From NCBI GenBank assembly GCA_000002445.1, contig CP000069.1:608001-672000 (forward strand): a stretch of 64,000 nucleotides of DNA, read 5' to 3'. The DNA is from Trypanosoma brucei. Taxonomy: Eukaryota. The translations under genes and the position numbers were made by a program. Under the pieces are notes generated by a model. The model did not search any database, was not told the DNA's origin, and saw only the letters and a program-made list of their open reading frames with translations. Of the stretch, positions 9,901-18,224 are shown in pieces. Each line of letters starts with the position of its first letter. Within the stretch, counting starts at the first letter, position 1.

Positions 9901-11566
9901 TGGGTATCCTGTGGAGCGGCATCGATAAGTACAGTCGCCAAGGGACCTTTAATAATGAGGTGTAAATGTATTCACTCCACTCTCCCACAGGCAAGTCCGT
10001 CACATGGACAATCAGCGTGTCCCGCAACGGTGCAACCCGCGGTACACAGTAAACAATAACAAACGTCGACGCGTACACCTCAGCGTTTCCTCTCATCAAC
10101 AACATGATCAGGTGTATAATTAAATAACAACATCATTGGCGCCGCAATTCAGTTTCAATAAGTGTCGATAAAGTTGCAACCGCAAATTCATCACGATCAC
10201 GCACAGTGTAAATGGTCATATGAAGGAAGAATAGATAGAAAAAGGGAATTGAGATATATCACACACACGAAGATGGAGCCCACAATAACTATATGAGCTC
10301 TCGCGGGTCCGATTGAGGCCGTCACAGCACCAAAGAGTTACCGCCGCCGCCTCACCCACGGGGCTCGCTCAGATAAGATAACACACGCACACACATATAT
10401 ATTTATATATATGTAACTGGGTATGCAGGTGATAATAGCAGAAACAGATATGGTGGTGGTTTTTCTCAACTCTCGGGTAGCACAGGTGCAGACGCAGTGA
10501 TTGACGTAAGCAAAACGCCTGTGTTTTCGCTAGCCTTCAGCGTACTATGGCAGAAAAAAAAAAGCAATCATCATTCGCCTCCAAGGTAGTGTATAGCATA
10601 AACATGGCACGGGTAAAGTGACTATTGGAGAAACAAAAGAAAAGTAAGTGAATAAAAGCGAGGGAGGGGGGAATATAGTAGAGTCAGTGAATCCTTGTAT
10701 GAAGGCATCGTCGCAGTTCTTCTGTCATTGCATTTTTCAGATACCACAGGAATTGCACGTATGATCATCATGCTCATTATATAATGCAAAGAAAGGGGGA
10801 AGATATCAGTCCCGTGCTTATGATAGGTAGCTTAGTGCACGGATGCCTAATTCATTTGAAAATCATACAAATGCCTCGATTGTTAGCATCATCTGCACAT
10901 ACACTCAAATATATATATACACACACACACAAACCATCAGAATGTTATGGATGTAAAGTTGCATCTAACCTCAATGGGTATCCTGTGGAGCGGCATCGAT
11001 AAGTACAGTCGCCAAGGAACCTTTAATAATGAGGTGTAAATGTATTCACTCCACTCTCCCACAGGCAAGTCCGTCACATGGACAATCAGCGTGTCCCGCA
11101 ACGGTGCAACCCGCGGTACACAGTAAACAATAACAAACGTCGACGCGTACATTCCTTTTTTTGTGTTCTACACGTTTTTTTAAGGCATGTCATTAAAACT
11201 TTTTTTCTTGTTGTAAATTTCAGTAACTATGTACTTTTTCTTCTTATTCTGTTGTCTTTCCTCATGGTGTTTTTTTAGGTTTGTTAACTTAGTTGTTGTA
11301 AAGGCATTCCTTGTTTTGTGCTCCTTTATTTATTACTTCATTTGTTTATTTTAAAATGCTTGTTCAAGTGGTGGAGAAAAGGTTTGTTATGAGCTCTTCT
11401 GCCTTTGGGTTGGTGGGTGCTTGTTATTTCTTCCAATGTTGTGTTTTAATATCTCCGATTATTATTGTAACGATAAAGCACCCATTTTTCACCAACGCGT
11501 TGATTCATGCGCTGTCGCGGTTTTGTAAAATTAGTCAGTGATGGACGATGCTTGGCTGAATTGTTC

Positions 11567-12595
11567 CTATGCTACAACGTCTGATTCGTCGGCACCCATA
11601 GATGTTACATCGGAGGAAAGTTGCTCTAATTCTGTCACCTTGTCCTCGACGAAACTATGAACACATTCATCCAACTGCTGGTGGAGTTCGCGTGATGCGG
11701 TCTCATCGATTCCTGATTCCTGAAGAGCTCTCGACGCTTGTGTGCGGACCTGCTTTACTTTGTTTTTGAAAGACGACACGACAAGTTGTATTTCTTCCAC
11801 CGCTTTCTGTCGCCGTGCTGTCGTTATAGGTGGCATTGTGATTTTTATCTTCTGTTGCTCCTTGGAGACCTGCAGGGTCCCGTCAAACCGTGTAACTCTC
11901 TGTAAAATAGGCGAGGCAAAGCTTACATTTTGTGGCACTACTTCCATTGTAGCGGCGCCCGTCTTCAAAACCTGGGCCACTTTAGTGAGAAGCACTTTGC
12001 GCCCCCCGCCCACATCCACATCCAACTGTTCCAAACATTTTGCCATATTCAACACCTTCATGGCGCTCACGTTCGCCCGCTCAAAGTGGTGTTGAAAAAC
12101 TTGCTCCAATTCCTCCGGCACGTCTTCGCTGACGACTGTCTCAGCTTCTTGCAGTAAGTTCTCCTTTTCCGCCTTTTGCTCCCGTGACTTTCCCGACCGT
12201 CGCTCCGATCGTTCCTCGAACGTAAGCCGTCGAGACTCTCCACGGTCACCGCGCCGCACATCCTTCAAGCGTTGAATTGTGGAATTGAAGGGAAACGATC
12301 CAACGAGTCGCAAGGCGGTGAGTTGCTGGTGGTGCCGTGCAATATTCCACCACCGTATCGAGCCGGCTGCAGCTAGCAGCATCCGACGCATGCTTACTGC
12401 GCTGGAGTCACCACACAAGGACGGTATATTAAAAAGGCAAAGGGGGAATAAATTGGAAGACTTGTGTGAAAAGTGCAGTAAATACGTTCCTGCTCCTATC
12501 CATATAGACCACACGATAGACAATGAAGTAGAAGTGTCTGTCGTGTGATCTATATGGCGCTGACTTCCTCGAAGCCCATACACACAACTAAACAT
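11567..12595 (-). CDS. Probable mitochondrial ribosome recycling factor (RRF/frr-like); the true start is probably the internal ATG at about 12391
   Basis: The C-terminal 180 aa follow the RRF pattern: 'LDVDVGGGRKVLLTKVAQVLKTGAATMEVVPQN' (cf. RRF L-D-x-I-x-V-x-Y-Y-G...L-x-I-x-P) and 'ITMPPITTARRQKAVEEIQLVVSSFKNKVKQVRTQASRALQE...ETASRELHQQLDECVHSFVEDKVTEL' (cf. RRF 'P-x-L-T-E-E-R-R-K-E-L-V-K...R-N-x-R-R-D...K-x-x-Q-x-L-T-D'). Met69 begins 'MRRMLLAAAGSIRWWNIARHH', a presequence-like basic amphipathic stretch. The first 68 aa are cysteine/tryptophan-rich and atypical. A purine-rich plus stretch (pyrimidine-rich on minus) lies just upstream of 12391. Confidence 0.5.
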   Translation of the reverse strand: MFSCVYGLRGSQRHIDHTTDTSTSLSIVWSIWIGAGTYLLHFSHKSSNLFPLCLFNIPSLCGDSSAVSMRRMLLAAAGSIRWWNIARHHQQLTALRLVGSFPFNSTIQRLKDVRRGDRGESRRLTFEERSERRSGKSREQKAEKENLLQEAETVVSEDVPEELEQVFQHHFERANVSAMKVLNMAKCLEQLDVDVGGGRKVLLTKVAQVLKTGAATMEVVPQNVSFASPILQRVTRFDGTLQVSKEQQKIKITMPPITTARRQKAVEEIQLVVSSFKNKVKQVRTQASRALQESGIDETASRELHQQLDECVHSFVEDKVTELEQLSSDVTSMGADESDVVA

Positions 12596-13754
12596 TTACG
12601 CCATTCTTAATGTTACCTCTTTCGCATCGCAAAGTGTTAGTCGCGCACTGGGTGTGTTGTGGTCCACTGTGTTTTTTTTTTCTCTCTACAACCCGCCGGA
12701 AAAACTGTGGCTCTGCTTGCGATTATATCTCGCTCGCGCTTCCACAAGCATAGCCCAAGTATGTACCTTACTTGGCCCACGCACGTACATACAAATAAAT
12801 TAATATATAAATATATATATATGTGTGTGTGGGAGACGTTCCTCTTTGATTTGTTTTTTTTTCCTTGTTCCATAGCTCTCTCATCTCCACATATTTTCAC
12901 CCTCCCCTCCGCTGCCCTGTCACGTTCCTCCCACGAGAACCAAAAGGGACGTAAATGCTAACATCTCTACAGTTGTGCAAACGACCCTTGTTATTTCCGA
13001 GTGGAGTGATGTGTGCGGCAGTGGCAGAATGCGAAAGGAGAGTAAAGGAAAATGAGTATCAGTCAAGTACGATAATTACGCCTTTGTCTCGGGTTCATTT
13101 TTTTTTAAAAAAAAGTTAAATTTCTTTCTTTTTTCCCCTGGTGAAGACTCTTTTTCATTCCTTCTACCCATCCCATTGATCCTGGCGTTTATACTTGTTG
13201 ACGACCTGCTTCATGATTTCCCATATTAGTAATTTTTATTCACGTTCCTTTTGTTGTTACGATTGTGCTTTTCCTCCCCTTTTCTGTCCACTTTCCCTTC
13301 CCTTCCCATAAGCCTCACATGCAAACTCTCACAACGTTAACTTTCCCGTACTGCCTCAGTTTGTGCGCGCGAGTTGAAAAGTGGATGTAAAGAATGAGAA
13401 ACGGGTGAAAAACAGAGGGAGAACACTAATGCACGTTTCTCCAACGCTTCTCCTTTACCCCTCTCAACACACGGTTACACCACAAATTCTCGCAAAGCGT
13501 CAAAAAGATGAAAAAGACGCAACTTCACAAACGCACCAATTACGCCCTCGTCAGACGTCGTGACACAGTGAAAGACAGACTGCCGCTGGGGTCCTATCTA
13601 CTCCCTCGAGACGCTTTACGACATGCACGGGCGCGGCTATGTTGTATGAACGAAGCACCTGAGAAGACGGGAAGCATAAAAACCACTAACCAAAATAAAT
13701 GAGTGATGGTGTTGGCCGCCTCCTCCACAAGTAACAAAACGCACGCCCTCACGC

Positions 13755-15044
13755 TCACCAAAGCCGACGATTGCCTCTATTTTTCTTCTCCTTCACAGCC
13801 AAGGCCGCCGCATTCGTGGCGGCCCTCTCCTGTGCGACGGAATGTGGAATGTAAGGAACCTGAAATGCATCCCCTAGAAACTTGTGCAGCAGCTCACTGA
13901 TGTCGCTCATCAGCTCTGAAGTCTGCTCTGTGACCCATACTTCCAACATGAAAGCAGCCGCTCGCACCTTCAGGGCAATACCGTTGACACTGTTGCGCAC
14001 TGACCTTGACCAGGACTCCCCAACAGTGCGGCAAAGAAGATGCAACCAAGCATCGTCAACCACTTGAGGCCTTACCTTCGCCCTCACAATACCGCCATCA
14101 CGATTCCTCAGATCTTCCCACTTTGGATTGATACCATCGCGGAAGAGGTACAACGTCCCAGCGCACATACGTGTTGGCTCCGGAATATTGTTGAAGACTT
14201 TCCAGAAGGAAGAGATGCAGTCCATACGAAAAACGAGCGTGGGGTCATAAGTACTTTCCCTCGTGCTGTCGGGCCCACCAACTGGAAGGTAGAAGAGACA
14301 CCAGGGGTCACCAAATCTCATATCACCAGAGTCGGGAGTGAGGGTAAAAGGCGAGGGTTTCGTCATGTTGGAGCGGTTCAGCGTGCGGCGCGGCAAAAAA
14401 GCCGGCGCCGAGGCTTTCAATGAGCTGCACCTGCTAATTTCTAATACCTCCTCATCCGTTTTGTCGACACTGATCTCCGCCACAATAGGCGTTGACCCGG
14501 CCTTGGGAACTGGCGATGTTGCCGACCGCACGCCATTACTTTTCGTACATGTAGTAACCCAACTGGAGGTAGAGGGAGAACCGCTTTGCTGTTTCCGCTG
14601 CAACTCCTTCTCTACCGCAAGGTCTGCAGTTGATGTTGGCAGTGGCATAAGTGAGCCGGCCGCTGCACCCCGTGGTACGTAACTTACTGCATTAGGGCTC
14701 ATGTGAAATGCCGCCGAAGGCGCATGCACGGGACTCATTCGAGTGGGTATTACATGAGTTGAAACGGGGCTACGTGTAGGCGGGGGCACCACTGTTTGCT
14801 GTTGCTGCCCTTGTGGGGGACACGACGGAGATTGAGGAGTTGTCGCCTGTGCAGAAAACCCACTATGTGTTGTGATGGTGTTAGTGGATGTCATGGAAGT
14901 TGTGAACCCAGTCTTGGGGGTAGGCAACGTAGCGCGAGCCGGTAGAGTAGTCGGTGTGGGTGCAGTTACAGCCACCGCCGACGATCTTTTCTGCCATGAC
15001 GGAGTGTACTCCACCGCATCAGCACGTAAATTTTGCATCAACAC
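13755..15044 (-). CDS. EIF4E4: Translation initiation factor eIF4E homologue with a long (about 240 aa) Pro/Thr/Ser/Gln-rich N-terminal extension (kinetoplastid group-2 EIF4E3/EIF4E4 type)
   Basis: The C-terminal about 190 aa carry the eIF4E cap-binding fold signature: 'DPWCLFYLP', 'FWKVFNNIPEPTRMCAGTLYLFRDGINPKWEDLRNRDGGIVRAKV', 'WLHLLCRTVGESW'. The N-terminus is low-complexity. My assignment to EIF4E4 rather than EIF4E3 rests on its position next to AspRS and is unverified. Confidence 0.75.
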   Translation of the reverse strand: MLMQNLRADAVEYTPSWQKRSSAVAVTAPTPTTLPARATLPTPKTGFTTSMTSTNTITTHSGFSAQATTPQSPSCPPQGQQQQTVVPPPTRSPVSTHVIPTRMSPVHAPSAAFHMSPNAVSYVPRGAAAGSLMPLPTSTADLAVEKELQRKQQSGSPSTSSWVTTCTKSNGVRSATSPVPKAGSTPIVAEISVDKTDEEVLEISRCSSLKASAPAFLPRRTLNRSNMTKPSPFTLTPDSGDMRFGDPWCLFYLPVGGPDSTRESTYDPTLVFRMDCISSFWKVFNNIPEPTRMCAGTLYLFRDGINPKWEDLRNRDGGIVRAKVRPQVVDDAWLHLLCRTVGESWSRSVRNSVNGIALKVRAAAFMLEVWVTEQTSELMSDISELLHKFLGDAFQVPYIPHSVAQERAATNAAALAVKEKKNRGNRRLW

Positions 15045-15132
15045 TGCCGATCAGATGAAGGTCACTACCAGCCTCCTCACCGGTACTAGTATACGACGGC
15101 TTAGTTCGTTCCTACGTAAACAAACGTACGGC

Positions 15133-15139
15133 ACGCCAC

Positions 15140-15172
<33 letters not shown>
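15133..15172. repeat. (TA)n microsatellite
   Basis: Run 'tatatatatatatatatatatatatatata' in the spacer between eIF4E and AspRS. Confidence 0.9.
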
Positions 15173-15179
<7 letters not shown>

Positions 15180-15937
15180 GTTTTGTTTACAACTCCACAC
15201 AGTATATCCGTCGCGCTCACCTTTTACTTGCCTGGCGTACACGCCACTTTGTTTAACCTTTTTTATTTATTCTCGTTTACCTCTTCTAAGAGACACACAC
15301 AATACCTCCCGTATACTGGAGTTGCTGATGTGACCCTTAAAACAGTTCGTGATACAATTACCACAGTTAATATTATTTACTTCGTATTCTTATTATTGCT
15401 TTCGTTTCCTCCGCTTATACACACGAGTGCCCCTTGGTAGTTTCGTTTCGTTCACGTGGGCTACTTGAAATTCTTCAAACGAAACAAAAAGAAAGAGGAG
15501 GATAATACCAGTATAATCTGCCTAACCACCCCTTTACTTGGTCAGTTTAATGCTATTACACAGCCTCCCACGCTGACCCTTCACGGTAATGAGATAAAAA
15601 TGTAATAAGAAAAAGAGAAAGTGGGGCAAAGAAAAAAAATAGTTCAACGCTGCAGCAGTTCCACAGGGCGGTCCGGAGAAAATGAGCGATCGCACCATCG
15701 ATAACAGGGGGAAAATAGTTCATATATATATAGACACGGGGATAGGATGAAGGTGTTCATCACTACCATCGCTCTCCTCTTTTCAAAGACCTAATCGGTA
15801 ATTATTAATTAATGCTTTCCCATCTGTTACGGACAAACAATCGTACCATCCGTCAAAATAACAACACCAGAGAGAAGGAAAAAAACAAGGCACAAACACG
15901 AAACTCGGATAATTTCTTTCCTCTGCCCTTCACTTCA

Positions 15938-17641
15938 CTACGGTGTCACACGCTGCGGGTCGCGCGGGAAGAGCGACGTCAGACGTACGTTGTGTAAACC
16001 AAGGTACAACATTACCACGCGCTCGAGTCCAACACCAAATCCACCATGCGGCCATGCCCCAAGTCTGAAGGAGTCCACGTAGTCGCTGACAGGTCCAAGA
16101 TCCACTTGCAGCGACTGGGCGCGTTGGAGCAGCAAGGAGGCATCGTGAATACGCTGTGCACCACTTGATATCTCCTCGCCTCGGATAAACATGTCAAACG
16201 AGTTGGTGAAACGCTCATCATTGGGGCACGGCATCGTGTAGAAGGGCCGCGCAGCCGATGGAAACCGGTCCGAAATGAAGAAGTCCACTCCGTAGCGCTC
16301 CTTGACCAACTTGCCAAGGAGTTTTTCGTTGGTGGTGTTTATGTCATCAGTTGGGTCCAGCTTAGTTTCCAGTACGGTATTTAGAAGCGCAACACAGTCC
16401 GGATAATTAATGCGAAGCATGCGAAGGTTGCTATTGCGAACACGCGCCTTGTACGTGTCGGTTGGCTCCGTGTCCTCTTCAATGGCACCGACACCTAACT
16501 CTTTCATGCGTTCTGCTGACATCTGCCACACAAGTGGTTCGAACGGGTACTGCCGCTTGATGGCCTCCAACTCCGCGTTGTGTCCTGATAGGCGCTCAAA
16601 CATGTGACAGAAGAGCTCTTCAGCCAAGTCAAGCACTTCGTAATAGTGCTCATTGATCCGCATCTCCACGTCAAGTCCCACAAACTCCGTCAGGTGGCGG
16701 TGGGTGTTGCTGTTCTCTGCACGGAACACGGGCCCCACCTCAAAAACTCGCTTCAAGTCACCCTGGAGCGCAATCTGTTTATAAAGTTGCGGAGACTGCG
16801 CCAAATATGCGTCACGGTTGAAGTACCCCAGCTTGAATACGTTGGCACCACCCTCGCTCGCTGTCGCAATGATCTTTGGGGAATGAATCTCCACAAATTC
16901 GCTATCAATGAGAAACTGACGGAAGTACTGCCCCACCCGAGATTGGATTCTGAATATGGCATTGGATGCGGGGGAACGGAGGTCCAACCAGCGGCACGCA
17001 AGGCGCGTATCGAAGTTGATCTTAATGCCTTCCTCATCCTCACGGCGGGAAGCGTCAGCGAGTGTAAACGGAAGCACGCGCAGCGCCTCACTCACTACAT
17101 GAATGCGATTGATCCTTAATTCGATGTCCTGTTGCGAGGTGGACGTAATAGGTTGAGCTGCGATACATACGGTTCCTTCTACATCAACAACAGACTCGCA
17201 CGGCAGTTGACCGATAAAATCCACCATCTCCTTCGGTACCTCCTCCGACACGGCAGCCATAGCCTGAAGGGAGTGGACTCCATCGCGCAGCACAGTGAAT
17301 GCAAGCTTCCCCTTCTTCCGTGTTGTGTCAACGCGGGCACGAATAGTGACCACACGGTCGGCGTCATCCTTCGACAAGACGGCAATATCGGTGAATTTCC
17401 TTGATCCATATGTTTTGGATTGCACCAGCGGCGCGGCTCCAAAAACGTCAGCGAACCTAAGCAGAAGTGCTGCCTTCTCCGCCGCTTTAGCAGCTTCTTC
17501 AGCTAGGCGCGCTGCCTTTCGGGCTTCTTTCTCGTTTTGCTTCTTGTTAGTGCTTTTAGGCGCATTTGCTGTGGTTGCTTCATTGGCGCCCGTGTTGTCT
17601 GATTGAGCGGGGTCCGACATCTGTGAGTAAAAATTCTCCAA
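15938..17641 (-). CDS. AspRS: Aspartyl-tRNA synthetase (class IIb, cytosolic type)
   Basis: 567-aa ORF with class II motifs: 'FRAENSNTHRHLTEFVGLDVEM' (motif 2), 'QSPQLYKQ' (class IIb signature), 'GGFGVGLERVVMLYLGL' (motif 3). N-terminal lysine-rich extension and anticodon-binding OB region. Confidence 0.9.
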   Translation of the reverse strand: MENFYSQMSDPAQSDNTGANEATTANAPKSTNKKQNEKEARKAARLAEEAAKAAEKAALLLRFADVFGAAPLVQSKTYGSRKFTDIAVLSKDDADRVVTIRARVDTTRKKGKLAFTVLRDGVHSLQAMAAVSEEVPKEMVDFIGQLPCESVVDVEGTVCIAAQPITSTSQQDIELRINRIHVVSEALRVLPFTLADASRREDEEGIKINFDTRLACRWLDLRSPASNAIFRIQSRVGQYFRQFLIDSEFVEIHSPKIIATASEGGANVFKLGYFNRDAYLAQSPQLYKQIALQGDLKRVFEVGPVFRAENSNTHRHLTEFVGLDVEMRINEHYYEVLDLAEELFCHMFERLSGHNAELEAIKRQYPFEPLVWQMSAERMKELGVGAIEEDTEPTDTYKARVRNSNLRMLRINYPDCVALLNTVLETKLDPTDDINTTNEKLLGKLVKERYGVDFFISDRFPSAARPFYTMPCPNDERFTNSFDMFIRGEEISSGAQRIHDASLLLQRAQSLQVDLGPVSDYVDSFRLGAWPHGGFGVGLERVVMLYLGLHNVRLTSLFPRDPQRVTP

Positions 17642-18224
17642 TTACAGGCGCTACCTTCAGGTATAAGAGCACACTAATCAACTGTAAGAAACAAAGTGTG
17701 CATGGGCAAACAAAGAGAAAGGGAATGGAGAGGTAATCCTGGTCTATTTAATGCACATTTAAGCCATCTGTATAAAAGATGCAAGGAGAGTAAAATACAA
17801 TGTGGAACAGAAAACCAACCAGCTGCTCGGTGTGACCGCATAAATATACCTATATATTGGCATACTCGTGAACTTCTCAGGTATGTGACAAAAATAAAAA
17901 AAATCACCAAATAATGGGTGGCAATACGTTTTCAATCCCAGGGGAGCCCTTGCGGACCGACATCGCATACGACGGTCCGCCTGCTCCTAGCCGATGCATC
18001 AATGAATGTCACAAAACAGAAGGGTTGTCTGTACTCCCGGAGGCGAAATTGCGTTGCCACATTTTAAAGCTATCCTGCTCGAGTGGCGAGCACACATCCT
18101 ACCAGGGTAGCGACCCGTGCACTACAAACCCATTTGCTATTGATGGAACACATTTTAGACATCACAGTAGATCTCTTCGTGAATCCATGATACTCAACAG
18201 CACTTCGTAGCAACAATGCCATTC

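Larger units (their letters stand above)
5402..11150. repeat. Tandem array of about 5.4 copies of a 1071-1074-bp unit (more than 98% identical); candidate tandem snoRNA gene cluster
   Basis: The same unit start 'atcatcatgctcattatataatgcaaaga' recurs at 5402, 6476, 7548, 8621, 9692 and 10764; the last copy is truncated at 11150, where the repeat sequence 'gacgcgtac|acctcag' diverges to 'gacgcgtac|attcc'. The six-frame track shows the same spurious 80-aa ORF repeated at a 1073-bp period. No ORF longer than 80 aa is present and all frames are interrupted by stops. Confidence 0.95.

Noticed and set aside
5402-11150. The tandem array as the spliced-leader RNA gene array, the 5S rRNA array, or a centromeric repeat
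   Set aside because: The unit lacks the SL exon sequence and a 5S-like GC-rich 120-nt core. The unit length (1.07 kb) and the few copies, embedded between protein-coding genes on one strand, do not fit 147-bp AT-rich centromeric repeats located at strand-switch regions.
5575-11152. Repeated 80-aa ORF 'MLLMRGNAEVYASTFVIVYCVPRV...' (minus) and 64-72-aa ORFs (plus) inside each tandem unit, as possible protein-coding genes
   Set aside because: They are short, have no recognisable domain, and the frame changes between copies when the internal (TA)n(CA)n length changes. Stops interrupt all frames. A non-coding snoRNA cluster explains the unit better.
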